51,565 bases of DNA, taken from the NCBI RefSeq assembly GCF_018977255.1, contig NW_024705363.1:1-51565 (forward strand). The letters run 5' to 3'. The notes beneath the pieces were generated by a model, which saw nothing but the letters and a program-made list of their open reading frames with translations, had not been told where the DNA came from and searched no databases. Below are positions 1 through 10,748 of the stretch, piece by piece (the stretch's first letter is position 1; the number at the start of each line of letters is the position of its first letter). Source of the DNA: Callorhinchus milii. Its lineage: Eukaryota. Position numbers and translations under genes: made by a program.

Positions 1-906
1 ACCGGGCCTCTCCAAGGCTTAAGGAGTTTTGAGGAAGTAGCCAATGGTACCTGCGGGCAGTGGAGCCAGGCGCGGTCCCCTTCTACCCAAACGTGGCGGG
101 ACGTGCGGAAGTTCCGCAACCGCTCGTTGGCAAGCTGACGGGCTTCTGAGTTATTTTAAGCAGCCTCCCGGGCATCCACGAGACGACGCACATTAGCACG
201 GATGTGGTCGGCAATCTTACCCTTAGGTGCGGGCTGTTTAATGCGCAATTGTACGTCGATTGGGGGGCAAACCTCCCTACCATACATAAGATAGAATGGC
301 GAGTACCCCGTGGCAGCATGGGGCGCCATTCTATAGGCGGCCAAGACACCAGGTATGTGGAGATCCCAATCAGTCTGTGACTCAGACACCTGGTGGCTTA
401 GCATGGAGGTAAGTGTCCTATGTAATCGCTCGACCATACCGTCAGTCTGGGGGTGATATGGCGAGGTGCGAATTTTGTGTGTCCCTAGCAGGTTGCACAC
501 ATCCTGCAACAGAGTGGAAGAGAAATTTTTCCCTTGGTCGGTCAGCAGGCGTTCGGGAGCACCCTTATCCAGGACGTAGCCCTGGAAAAAGGCCTCCGTA
601 ATGGCTGCTGCAGACTGGTTGGGGAGTGGCCAGGTCATGGCCCATCGGGTAAAATATTCCACCCCAACCAAAAGGTACTTATTACCCCGAGGAGTAGCGG
701 GAAACGGACCCAAAATATCCAATGCGACGATCTCATTGACCCGAGAAACCTTAATGGATTGGAGCGGCGGGCAGGACGGCCTAGCAGGTGGTTTCCGCCG
801 TGCACATTCTGTGCAACCTTGCACAAGGTCAGCCACATCGTTTGCCATGCCTGGCCAGAAAAATTCCAATTGGATTTTAGCTAGTGTTTTCTGAACACCC
901 AAGTGC
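1..906 (-). pseudogene. Gypsy integrase, disrupted
   Basis: Partial zinc finger HLG...CTEC; DDE core VALDILGP / LLTDQGKNF / GMVERLHRTL. After the TAA at 156-158 the same frame continues NNSEARQ...GDRAWLHCP...SSKLLKPWRGP (GPY/F module). Confidence 0.9.
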
Positions 907-3312
907 TTCCATCTGAAGACGTCCCCAGTCGTCCAACCCGAGGCCCAGCAATGCGTCCTGCGGAACTTGCGTGGAGGGAGCCCCGTGGTCCCCGACCCCA
1001 TCCCCGGCCGCGGCCGCAAGGGATGGGGGCGGTACCCCGTCAGGCTGCCTACAACGCCCCGCACCCAAAAAACAAGCACAGCGCCCATTGTTCGGCAGTC
1101 GCGACAACCCGTCGGCGTTCCCGTGTTGAATCCCCTTGCGGTAAATGACAGTGAACGCAAAGTCCTGGAGGATCTCGAGCCAACGCGAGAGCTGTCCAGA
1201 TGGTTGGTCCACTCGCAAGGCGTATTGTAGTGCCGCGTGGTCGGAGCGTACTGTGAAATGCCTGCCATACACGTATGGTCTGTACTGCTTTATGAAAAAA
1301 ACGATAGCAAGCAATTCGCGGCGCGTCACGCAGTAACGTTGCTCCGCGGGCGACAGCACCCTGCTGCCATAGGCGACGACGCGCTCCACTCCATTGACAA
1401 TTTGCGACAGCACCCCTCCAATTCCGGTGTTGCTGGCGTCTGTATCCAGAATGAACGGAGTGGTAAAATCTGGATAAGACAGGGTAGGAGCATCGACCAG
1501 TGCTTTTCGGACGGCATTGAACGATGCCTGTTCTAACTCTCCCCAGCGGAATTTGACCCCTTTGGCCGTTAATGCGTGGAGGGGCTTCGCGATGGATGCG
1601 AATCCCGCAACAAATCGTCGATAATATGAGGCGAAGCCGATAAAACTCCGCACCTCCCCAACAGAGGTAGGAGTTGGCCATGAGCGCACGCAATTTGTCT
1701 TTTCGGGGTCCGTGGCAATTCCCGAGCGGCTGACAATATGGCCCAAATAACGAACCGAATCCCTCATGAGGTGGCACTTTTGCGGTTTGAATTTGAGGTT
1801 AGCCGCTCGCATTTTAAGGAAAACTGCCTTCAATCGCGTGAGGTGTTCATCAAAAGTTTTGCTGAACACGATTACATCGTCGAGGTAGATTAGGCAAGAA
1901 TCCCACTGGAGCCCAGCGAGGACCAGCTCCATCAGGCGCTGGAACGTCGCCGGGGCCGAGTGAAGACCCATGGGAAGTCTGTTGAATTGGAACAGTCCCT
2001 GCGGCGTGCGAAAGGCCGTCTTTGGTTTGGATGCGTCATCAAGGGGTAGCTGCCAAAACCCCGAGAGGAGATCCAAGGTGGAGAAGTAGTGCGCACCTGC
2101 TAAGGCATCGAGCGACTCGTCCATCCTGGGAAGCGGGTAGGCGTCGGCCACAGAAATCTTATTAAGTTTCCTGAAGTCAACACAAAAGCGGAGGCTCCCG
2201 TCGTGCTTCTTAACAAGAACGATCGGCGCCCCCCATGGGCTATTTGATGGCGCAATGACATCGGCCGCCAACATATCGTTGACGGCCACCCGTACATGTT
2301 CCTTTTCGGCCGGGCTCAACCGGAATGGGTTTTGACGAATTGGAGCGGCATCACCCGTGTCGATGTGGTGGCTTAGCAATTTAGTGCAGCCAATGTCGAA
2401 TTTGCTTTGACTGAAAACGTCGGCGAAATCGCTCAGCAGCGTGCGTAATTTAGCATGCTGTAATGGTGACAAATCGGCAGAAGTGGAGCAAAGCGCGTCG
2501 AGCCATCCTGTGTCAGGACCTGGCTTGGCAACGGAAGAGGACTCGCCCCCTACGTGACCCACGATCACATCTTCTGGCGGGGCTGGCGTCGCGTGAGCAA
2601 GCACCATTCCCTGACAGATAACGGCCGTTTCCAATCCCGCGTTAAGGACCTGGATAAAGGGGTCGTGGTCGCTTCGCACGAGCGTTTGTGCACACACGAG
2701 GTCCGACACCCGCTCAGCTGAACGCGAAGGCCCGATCACAGCACCCCCCATGAACGCGTCGTAATCAAGGGGTTTACGAAACCGGAGGGGAACTAACATC
2801 TGAGAGCCGGGAGGAATGTGAATTGTGCACGCCGCCAACGCCTGCACCGTCGTAGATGCGGAGTGCAACCGAGTGGGTGTGGGTAGGAAGGCCATGCGTC
2901 GGCCGGAGGGGAGCTCAATACACCCTTTGTTAATGAGAATTTTAATGGGCATCTTCCCCAAGAAATCTGTTCCGAGGAGGCACGGAACGGCGAGGGTTGA
3001 TGAGACCAAAATGGGCCCAACTAATTGGACGTCAGCAATGCGGATCTGAGCATTGATCCGTCCGGTGATGCCCAACGAACCCCCATTTGCGGCATAGCAT
3101 GGCACATCAACTGGCTGCAAGGGACGGCATGTATCGGGCAGAATGTTATAAATTATGTCTGAAATGATGGTCGCCGACGCACCCGTATCGATCAACATAC
3201 GAACATCAACGCCCTCGATGGAACCCACTACGGCAGAGAACCCTGCCGCTGCGGCAACGACCCTATGGGCCAACTCGGACCATTGACCTGGTCCGAGCGC
3301 CCGGTTGTTCAA
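877..3312 (-). CDS. pol: Gypsy pol: aspartic protease, reverse transcriptase and RNase H (open ~811 codons, out of frame with integrase)
   Basis: Protease LIDTGAS. RT motifs SPWGAPIVLVKK, FCVDFRKLN, LDLLSGFWQ, PMGL and YLDD. RNase H motifs LDTDAS, RELLAI, SDH and NADGLSR. Confidence 0.95.
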   Translation of the reverse strand: MNNRALGPGQWSELAHRVVAAAAGFSAVVGSIEGVDVRMLIDTGASATIISDIIYNILPDTCRPLQPVDVPCYAANGGSLGITGRINAQIRIADVQLVGPILVSSTLAVPCLLGTDFLGKMPIKILINKGCIELPSGRRMAFLPTPTRLHSASTTVQALAACTIHIPPGSQMLVPLRFRKPLDYDAFMGGAVIGPSRSAERVSDLVCAQTLVRSDHDPFIQVLNAGLETAVICQGMVLAHATPAPPEDVIVGHVGGESSSVAKPGPDTGWLDALCSTSADLSPLQHAKLRTLLSDFADVFSQSKFDIGCTKLLSHHIDTGDAAPIRQNPFRLSPAEKEHVRVAVNDMLAADVIAPSNSPWGAPIVLVKKHDGSLRFCVDFRKLNKISVADAYPLPRMDESLDALAGAHYFSTLDLLSGFWQLPLDDASKPKTAFRTPQGLFQFNRLPMGLHSAPATFQRLMELVLAGLQWDSCLIYLDDVIVFSKTFDEHLTRLKAVFLKMRAANLKFKPQKCHLMRDSVRYLGHIVSRSGIATDPEKTNCVRSWPTPTSVGEVRSFIGFASYYRRFVAGFASIAKPLHALTAKGVKFRWGELEQASFNAVRKALVDAPTLSYPDFTTPFILDTDASNTGIGGVLSQIVNGVERVVAYGSRVLSPAEQRYCVTRRELLAIVFFIKQYRPYVYGRHFTVRSDHAALQYALRVDQPSGQLSRWLEILQDFAFTVIYRKGIQHGNADGLSRLPNNGRCACFLGAGRCRQPDGVPPPSLAAAAGDGVGDHGAPSTQVPQDALLGLGLDDWGRLQMEALGCSENTS

Positions 3313-4711
3313 TGATGGGCCCGAATCCCCCTCCTCCGAAGCATGACCCCCTGTGTGGTGTGAGGGTGCGTGCTTGTTGTAAGTGGGGGCCGAGAGTGCG
3401 AGGTGTCGTGACTCGCCTGGGTATGCCGAGGATACGGTGGTGAGCGAGGCGCCGGAGGTCCTGAAGTCCGGCGTCGGGGGACCCGGCAGCCGGACGCCAC
3501 ATGGCCCCGAAGGCCACAGTTGTGGCAGATGATGGACGCCCCATCCTGGCGCGAGGTTGGCCGGTCCCGCTGGTGGTGATCTCGCTGGGATCGCCAGTTG
3601 GACGATCCGCGACTTTCTGTTGCCGCGAAGGCCTGATGAGGCCCCGAATGCACGTCAAAGGCTTGTGCATCAGGTGGCCCTGCACAGGCGGCGATGGTCG
3701 TGTCCTCATCGCAATGTAGGTGTGCTTGGATGCACCTGGCAGCACGTAGCGACGTGAAGTCGTCGTCGTCGTCGCTGTCGGCATGGCAACTCGAAGCTGG
3801 CGGGCCAAGCTCATGAGCTTCTGCAGCACGAGTGACTCCACAGCGTCTTCATCCATGCGAGGGTAGGCAACCCGCGCCATGGCCAGCAGCGCGCTGTGGT
3901 ACCCCATTGCCGACTCGGAGGCCTTCTTCCTCCTCGCATCGAAGCGGTGACATGCTTCGGACGGGGGTCCATAAATCAGCCGCATCTGATGAAGGGCGTC
4001 CGTGAGCGTGGCACGTTTCGCCCGTGGCACCGCAAGGAGTGCTGCGAGGGCGTCGTCGTCGAGCATGGCCGGGAGGCCCTGGAGCGCTTCATCCTCCGAC
4101 CAGCCGGACGTCTCTATAAGAGAGACGAACCGGCGTTCGAACGCTGCCCACTCACCCCCCTCTGAAGAATATGCCTTGAGTTCCAGCAGGCGTTGCTAGA
4201 CGTGAGCCCCGCGCTCGTTGCCTGGCAACCCGGCTGAAGCTGGCTTCGTGTTCGCAGCGCTGTCACCCGGCGGTGAGGAACGCAGCGCTGATGACGCGGC
4301 ATTGTTTGGTTGGACCGCGCTGGGCCCGGAAGTGACGTTGCTCCCAGCGGTCATTGCTCCCCCGGCAGAAGTGACGACACACCCGGATGTATTTGTGGCG
4401 GGAACTGCCATCCTTGTGTTGGAGCCGGCGGAATGGCGCGGCTGCTGCGCTGCCTCTCTCCCTCCTGTCTCCGCCTGTGAGCGACGCATGTCGTCCAGGA
4501 TGGAGACGGTGGCGTGGAGCAGCTCAGTGAGGCGAAGCAGCGTTTCCTCCATTGCTGCTCCCGACGCTGGAGGAGGATCGGCAGGTGTGGTGGACGGCTG
4601 CTCAGCCGGCGGTGCGTCGTCGTTGTCGGCCCTAGTTGGCTGCCCCGTCGCCGCTTGTTCCTCGACATCGCCGTCAGGACTGAAGGTACGTGGCTTACTT
4701 CTTGTCTCCAT
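3309..4711 (-). pseudogene. gag: Gypsy gag, disrupted
   Basis: ATG (METRSKP) just after the PBS. ORFs 4196..4837 and 3263..4066 are in the same frame, separated by one TAG at 4196-4198. A frame change in the GAC/ACG repeat near 3775 leads into the frame encoding the zinc knuckle CHNCGLRGHVASGC (CX2CX4HX4C). Confidence 0.85.
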
Positions 4712-4713
4712 GG

Positions 4714-4728
4714 CCACTTCTGACTCCA
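4714..4728 (-). promoter_or_regulatory. Primer-binding site, tRNA-Leu type
   Basis: TGGAGTCAGAAGTGG lies 1 nt after the LTR-terminal CA. It is one mismatch from TGGTGTCAGAAGTGG, the complement of the tRNA-Leu 3' end (...CCACTTCTGACACCA). Confidence 0.8.
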
Positions 4729-4729
4729 A

Positions 4730-5298
4730 TGTAACGGGTTCCGGAGACACTTGTAGAGGTAACTTCTTTATTACAATCCAACACTCCAACACTCCAACTC
4801 TCCAACACTCCAACTCTCCAACACTCCAACTCTCCAACTCTCCAACTCTCCAACAGTCCTGATACTCTGTTACAGCCTAGGTACACAGCCTAGGTACACA
4901 GCCTAGATACACTACTCTGGCTACGCTCTGGAACTCGCCCTCACAAGGTCGTAGAGTCGGGAGTTCCAGAGTCCCACCACTGGCCCTCACAGCGTCCCAG
5001 GGTCCTCAGATGGCTGGTCTTGGGTCTTGAGCTACAACTGGCCCTGATCGTCCAGGGAGCTCCCCTTTTATGCCTAGTCCCTAACGAGGGGTGGGCCGTG
5101 TGCGCCCCCAGATATCCCACAGAGCACACACAGCCCCCCCCCCCCATTGGTGGCGCCAAGGGGCTTAAGCGTCTGGGCGCCCGGGAACCCAGCGCCTGGC
5201 GCCAAGAGGCTTAAGCGTCTGGGCCGCCTGGGAACCCAGCGCCTGGGCCGCCAGGGTCTCAGAGCCCCCAGCAGCTCCTCCATTCTTATGTCACTACA
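4730..5298 (-). repeat. 5' LTR of the Gypsy element (~569 bp)
   Basis: Minus strand begins TGTAGTGAC at 5298 and ends CCGTTACA at 4730 (TGTA...TACA termini). AATAAA at 4767-4772, and the PBS follows immediately. Internal tandem repeats: CTCCAAC(A/T) 8-mer ~4778-4855, CAGCCTAGGTACA x~3 at ~4873-4910, and a ~47-bp duplication at ~5152-5247. The partner LTR is outside the window. Confidence 0.8.
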
Positions 5299-5665
5299 TA
5301 TGGAAGGGAGAATGTGCCGCAAATTCATATACAATTAGGTACGACTGTGAGGAGCGCTAAACAGACCCTAACTGACCATGTCCGGGACTGCTTGCGCCGG
5401 GTTTCTGAGGCTCGGGAGGCAGTTAGAATTAGCACGCCTAAGACACAGGCTCGCAATGAGAGTTGTTCACGCAGGTTTGGCCACGTAATGCCGTGGTCTG
5501 TCGATGATTAGGTCTGGCTTCATTGCCTGTTGGCACCTCTCCCAAACTGCACAGGCCGTGGCACGGGCCTGTGGAGGTGGTTGACGTTCGGCATCCACAG
5601 TGCGTGTGCATTCTGGTGGGTTCCCGTTGTTGGTTCGTCCACTTGTCTCGATTTAAACAGTTCTT
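5299..5665 (+). pseudogene. C-terminal integrase fragment of an older, related Gypsy element in opposite orientation
   Basis: Translates YGRENVPQIHIQLG...DHVRDCLRRVSEAREAV...WSVDD*VWLHC / PVGTSPKLHRPWHGPVEV...VHLSRFKQF. This is collinear with YGREVCPPIDVQL...DHIRANVRRLVDAREAA...KLLKPWRGP of the first element. Confidence 0.85.
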
Positions 5666-6530
5666 TCCTCCTCGTGTCTTTTGTCATCTCCAAAAATTGG
5701 CTTGCCGGGGTCTGATGTGTCCGACGTGCCAGACCGGTTGCGGATTGATCCCCCGAGGGACTCTGTTTTGCCACCTACAGTGGGACCTCGGTATACGTCG
5801 TTAAAGCTGCCGAACCCCTGACTGCTGCTGCGAACGACGATTCCGCATGATCCAGCCCTGCATTAGCGGATTTCGCCACCTTGCCGTTGACCGCTCTGCC
5901 TCCTGCTGAGTCGGGCCTTTCGGGGCTGCACGCTGACACAGGGAACGGTTCGGCATCACGGACCCATTCGAAGACGGGCCGATTTCATTAATCGTTCTTG
6001 TTCTTATCGGTGTTGAGTATTCGTTCATACTTGTTGCATTCATTGTTGTTCATACTCTCTGTGTCGTGGGTATGTACGGGAAGCATCGAGAAGGTTCTAC
6101 AAGGGGCGTGGCTAGAGGCGGAGCCTAGCTCCGCTGAGAGCAAAATAAGGAGAGGCAGTGAGAGGACTAGGGTCGGTGTGGGAAGCCTGGAGTCCGGACT
6201 GCATCATCGCCTACCTCGTCTCGCCACCGGCCATGTGGCGACCTCTGCCAGCGAAGCTCTCTCTCCTCCCCGCGAGAAGAGAGAGACACGCCGCAATGGT
6301 GGACGAGGGAGCGCGCGCATTACGGCAAGAGGAGGGAGAGCAGAACCATCCGAGAAGAGAGAGCGGAGCTGTGTAGTAATTTTCTTTTATATACAGTGGA
6401 ACCTCCGGTATACGTCGTTAATTCGTTCCAGAAGGTAGGACTTATACCGAAAATGATGTACACCAAACGAATTTTTCGCATAAGAAATAAAGGGAAAGGA
6501 AATAATCTGTTTCAGAGGAAAATAAATTAT

Positions 6531-6600
6531 ATTTTATATGGCATATTATACATTAATGGGGTTGTATAACCCCATTAATGTATAATATGCCATATAAAAT
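6531..6600. repeat. Perfect 33-bp inverted repeat with 4-nt loop
   Basis: ATTTTATATGGCATATTATACATTAATGGGGTT-gtat-AACCCCATTAATGTATAATATGCCATATAAAAT. Confidence 0.95.
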
Positions 6601-6642
6601 TATTTAATTACTAAAATGCATACAGAAGCCACGTGACTCCAA

Positions 6643-7534
6643 ATGAAGGACGTGGCAGGTGCTCCAAATCGAGGGCAAGCACATATTTATTGTGGTTAAT
6701 ATTAATCTTGTGAAGAACAGCACCGTCACTCTGTAAAATGCAACAGCACGTGTGTCACACAGCATTTCTCCCGAATCGCCATTAACCATCTCACTGGTTT
6801 ACACGTGCGGTTATTCATAACAGTTTTCTCTTAAACCCAATTCTACTACTGATAAACCATCTTTGTTTTTGACAATCACATTTGCACATCACTATTCGAA
6901 TATTCCTTTAATCCTAAGCTGTATGTCGATCTATACCATCCACTTAAATCGGTATCTTACACCCATTATATGTACTGTATGTGTACAGTATAGTACTGTA
7001 TGTCACCATTGTACAGCTTACTACTTTACTTGTTATATTCTAAATAGCATTACAAGTAGTCATACTCTGGGTACATGGGCATGGTTATAGACTAAACAGT
7101 ATTAGAGTTAGAGAATTACAATAACAGTAGGTAATTACAGTGCATCGTCCTGACAATGCACAGTGCTAAAACGCCTCTAATTGCATATATCACAAACGAA
7201 CAATTCAACGCCAAGCTTAACGTATAGAACAAGTCTAGAACATTTATATAACGATCAAAAACAACCTTTGGGTCCTTTACCTATAAAATGCAACAGCACG
7301 TGTGTTACAAACAGCATTCCTCCCGAGTCGCCGTTAACCATGTGACTGGTATATCCGCGCGGTCATTCAATAACCCTGCCAGCCACCTACAGGCCCGGCT
7401 CAGTCATCACATGCTGCTGTACACACATGCATTGATGCACTGCACAGCACATCAGGACTTTCACAGAACCACACTTTACTCCCTTGCTGCACAAGGATAA
7501 AATTAAAAGCGTCATCCATTTCTAATGTGCCACA
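6643..7534 (+). repeat. ~0.9-kb dispersed repeat, copy 1 (inverted copy at 19147-20054)
   Basis: Collinear reverse-complement match from ATGAAGGACGTGG to CTAATGTGCCACA. Spurious ORFs 6863..7090 and 19601..19906 translate nearly identically. Internal ~90-bp direct repeat at ~6734-6820 and ~7283-7375. Confidence 0.9.
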
Positions 7535-8160
7535 CGTGCCTCGACCCGGGGCTCTACCCTCCATTGCGGCAGCCCCCCGCCCCCCGCCCCTCGCCCCCCT
7601 CCCCTCTCCCCCACGTCCCCCGCCCCTCGCTTTGTCTCAGTCGTGTACGGGGCATTCGCGGGTACTGTACGCGGTGACTCATCCCGAGCCACACAAGTTC
7701 TAGCAAGCGCGTCGTATCCCAAGCAAGACGTCATATCCCAAGTCATTTTATGCTCGAAAAAACACGACGTATACCAAATTCGACCTATTCCAAAGTGGTT
7801 GTATACCGAGGTTCCACTGTATATAAAAGGGAAATTTGTGATTATGTGTGTCTGTTCAAAATGTTTAGCGTACTTCCCGACATGCAACAAACTTGAAATT
7901 TGCCATGTGGGTACTTTCCAGACTGTACACCATGCAAATATTATAAAAATACACTTTTGCATTTTTTTTTGGGGGGGGGGGGCGCAATAATGGATATATT
8001 TTGCACACAAGTGAGCAGTGACGTCACAGATCTGTCATGTCACCCGCATGTGGCAGTGTGACGCAGTGTGCCTGCTGACGTCACGCATCTCCCCCCAACC
8101 CTCGGCCGTGTATCCCGCACAAATGCGCGGCTGGGGGGGGGGAATAGGTTACAAACTTTT

Positions 8161-9216
8161 ACTGGTAGGAACGAAGTGGACCAGCCACCAATAGATTATA
8201 TCGTCCGTCCGTTTGTCCGTTTGTCCGTCCGTCTGTCCGCCCGTCCATCCATGTAGCAACATCGCCCCCTACTGCAAACACTTGGCATGACCCTACAAAA
8301 ACCGAGACCTAGGCCTGAAACTCTCCCTTCGTATCGTACCCCCGCGTGTGTGAAAGGTGGTTAATGTTTAACAATGTTACATTCCCTGATGTTTTTAAAT
8401 AGCAAAATTTACATTTAAAGCTTTTACATAAATAATTAAAACATTTATATTAACAATTAACTCACGGCGGCCTAAGGCCTACAGCTAGGCCTAAAGCCTA
8501 GACTTAGGCCTGAAACTTTCCCTTCGTATCGTACCCCCGCGTGTGTGAAAGGTGGTTAATGTTTAACAATGTTACATTCCCTGATGTTTTTAAATAGCAA
8601 CATTTACATTTAAAGCTTTTACATAAATAATTAAAACATTTATATTAACAATTAACTCACGGCGGCCTAAGGCCTACAGCTAGGCCTAAAGTCTAGACCT
8701 AGGCCTCAAATGCTCCCTTCGTATCGTACCCCCGCGTGTGTGAAAGGGAGTAAATGTTTCACAATGTTACATTCCCTGATGTTTTTAAATAGCAACATTT
8801 ACATTTAAAGCTTTTACATTAAAAACAACTCCCTACCCCCCCCTCGTCGGCGGCTCTCCAGCCGAGCCAGGCCTGGGAATCTCTCCCCCGCTTGGGGTGT
8901 ATTGGGCGGGGCTACAGCAGCAGGGGGTTGGGCTACGCGGGGCTGGGCGGGGCAACGGCGGCAGGGGGCGTGGGCACGAGGTGGAGGGCGGGGCTACGCG
9001 GGGTTGGGGCGGGGTTACGGCGGTAAGGGGCGGGGCAACGAGCTGGGGGCGGGGACACCGAGATGGGGCGGGGCCACGGGTGACCGGGGCGGGGTTACGC
9101 GGGTGGAGGGCGGGGCCACGGGGCATCCACTTATTGGCGGCCATTTTTTGCCATTTAATTTTATTATAGCCATTCAATTGTTCGGTCCTACCAGCCCACC
9201 CCACAGGGTCCTGTTA
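8161..9216 (+). mobile_element. DINE-1/HINE-like (Helentron-associated) non-autonomous element, copy 1
   Basis: Subterminal inverted repeats CTGGTAGGAACGAA (8162) and TTCGGTCCTACCAG (9181-9194). Also a 5' short IR (CTGGT...ACCAG), a (GTCC/GTYT)n microsatellite at ~8203-8250, central 195-bp tandem repeats, 3' hairpin ACAGG-GT-CCTGT, T-rich flanks and no TSD. Confidence 0.75.
8307..8822 (+). repeat. 195-bp tandem repeat, ~2.6 copies
   Basis: CCCTTCGTATCGTACC recurs at 8325, 8520 and 8715. Confidence 0.95.
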
Positions 9217-9610
9217 ATTTGCCATGTCGCTAGCTCCCATACTTTACACAATATAAAACGTGTAAAAATTGACTTTTGTATTTTGGGGGGGGGGGGGGAA
9301 TGACCATGAAGTGTGTGGCGAGAATCGATATCTGGTGAGCGTTCGTTTGTGGTATCGATTAAATGGGAATAGGCCGATTTTAAAGAAATCTACAATCTTT
9401 GATTCCTTTGCGCGATCTAAAGAATCGAATCTTGCCGCGCAAGCGTAAGTTTTTTTTCCACCGCGCGTTGGGTTTTATTTTAATTTTTATTAATGAGTTA
9501 ATGATCTAAGTTTATTTTTCATTTCTATATGTTGTGTTTTTAGGGTTGAGAAGTTTTTCAATATATTTTCCCCCCGGGCAACGCCGGGTGCTTCCCGCTT
9601 GTCTTCTTCT

Positions 9611-10274
9611 TCTATCCACATCTATATTAAAGTCAAAAATTGTGGGTTTGTATGTGGTCGTTCTCCAACGCTGGGGTTTACATAAAAAATATAGTTTTAT
9701 TAGCGATTGTGCAATTTTTGTGCGCTTGCATGTTATTTATTTATTTATGACGCCTTCGGTGGGAGTGAGAAGGACATTTCCTTTCGCGTTAAAATGCGAT
9801 AAAAAATACACTAAACGCTGAGCTTAAATCTTCACTGTGTGATGTCCCCCCAACCCCGATGCGTGTAGTTATTACTACTATATACAGTCGCTACATGCTA
9901 CCACTATAGGCCGTAGATATTACTGCAGAGCGGCCGGGGAGATCGTGGCTGGGGGGGAGGGGTCAGGGGTAGCAGCCCAGCCTGCCAAGGTGCCACCTCG
10001 GCCGGCTGGACAATCTAGGCGAGGCCGGAAGCTCTGCACAAGACTAGGCCTCACCACGGCACTCTGACAGGTGAGTACTTTGTGCTATACAGTCGATAAA
10101 TACTGATATAGAGTCAGCATGTACGACTGTAGTGATGGCAGGTACCACCACAGTCGGTATGCACTGATGTAATCATAGCAGGTACCACCACATTCAGTAC
10201 GCACTGCTGTTAGATTTTTAAAAGTAGTTTGGAAATATTTTAAGACCTGGGCAACGCTGGGTGCTTACCGCTAG
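9611..10274 (+). mobile_element. Second Helitron-like non-autonomous element, directly behind the first
   Basis: 5' TCTATCCACATCTATATTAAAG; 3' imperfect hairpin CCTGGGCAACGCTGGG followed by CTAG|T at 10271-10275. The 3' end is near-identical to 9573-9601. Confidence 0.65.
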
Positions 10275-10748
10275 TTGTTAATAAAAGACACAAGTCTACA
10301 GTCGTCGTGGAAGTGCTTTATTACACATGCTTAGCAAGAGAACGTCGGAAACATGTCTCACTTCACAGCGTCCGAACTTGATAACTGTTGTGAAATGTTG
10401 CACGAATTGCTGTGCTTGAGTTTACATTCAAGTAGATAATTAGAAGCAGGGCTTCTGATGGTGAAACGGTTTATTGCAGTGATAAAAGGATATATGAGGT
10501 AAAAAACAATTTCAATGTCGTGGTCGCCGATTGCAACATTTAATATACTTAATACGGCACTCACATTGGTGTTGATAAAGTATTCCAATAATCTCAAACA
10601 CTCATTCTAGGATGTAGTAACCACACCTCCGCATCTGCACCAAAATCAACTCCGGGTCGTTTGCAACGTGACTACATTTTTGCTATATTTCAAATGTTAT
10701 AGCCAAAGAATATGCATCAGTTGCTCGGTGACAATCAGCTAATAATCA

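Larger units (their letters stand above)
1..5298 (-). mobile_element. Ty3/Gypsy LTR retrotransposon, decayed; 3' end runs off the window start
   Basis: Minus-strand order is LTR (5298-4730), PBS, gag with CCHC knuckle, then PR-RT-RNaseH-IN (Gypsy domain order). Disrupted by in-frame stops at 4196-4198 and 156-158, and by frame changes near 3775 and 907. Confidence 0.95.
6394..7819. mobile_element. Non-autonomous Tc1/mariner (Tigger/pogo-like) DNA transposon
   Basis: TIRs CAGTGGAACCTCCGGTATAC (6394) and GTATACCGAGGTTCCACTG (7801-7819). TA on both sides (6392-6393, 7820-7821), repeated subterminal GTATACC-like motifs, no transposase ORF. Confidence 0.85.
6383..9601 (+). mobile_element. Helitron-like non-autonomous element interrupted by nested insertions
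   Basis: Removing 6394-7819 restores a TC...TATATATAAAAGG start that matches the copy at 10749. The 3' end has hairpin CCCGG-GCAACG-CCGGG (9573-9588) followed by CTTG|T, a variant of CTAG. Confidence 0.6.

Noticed and set aside
907..1268. N-terminal ~120 aa of ORF 156..1268
   Set aside because: Alternative-frame read of the RNase H region; integrase similarity begins only at HLG.
4712..4837. N-terminal part of ORF 4196..4837 (MESWSVGELECW...)
   Set aside because: It translates the LTR 8-mer repeat and PBS; the plausible gag start is the ATG at 4711.
4218..4862. 214-aa plus-strand ORF and other antisense ORFs over the Gypsy element
   Set aside because: Shadow ORFs of GC-rich gag/pol with no motifs.
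7522..8010. 162-aa ORF and similar ORFs at 10712-11036
   Set aside because: They cross transposon boundaries and homopolymer runs; the similarity reflects a non-coding repeat.
8833..9303. Pro/Gly-rich ORFs
   Set aside because: Products of a G-rich low-complexity tract.
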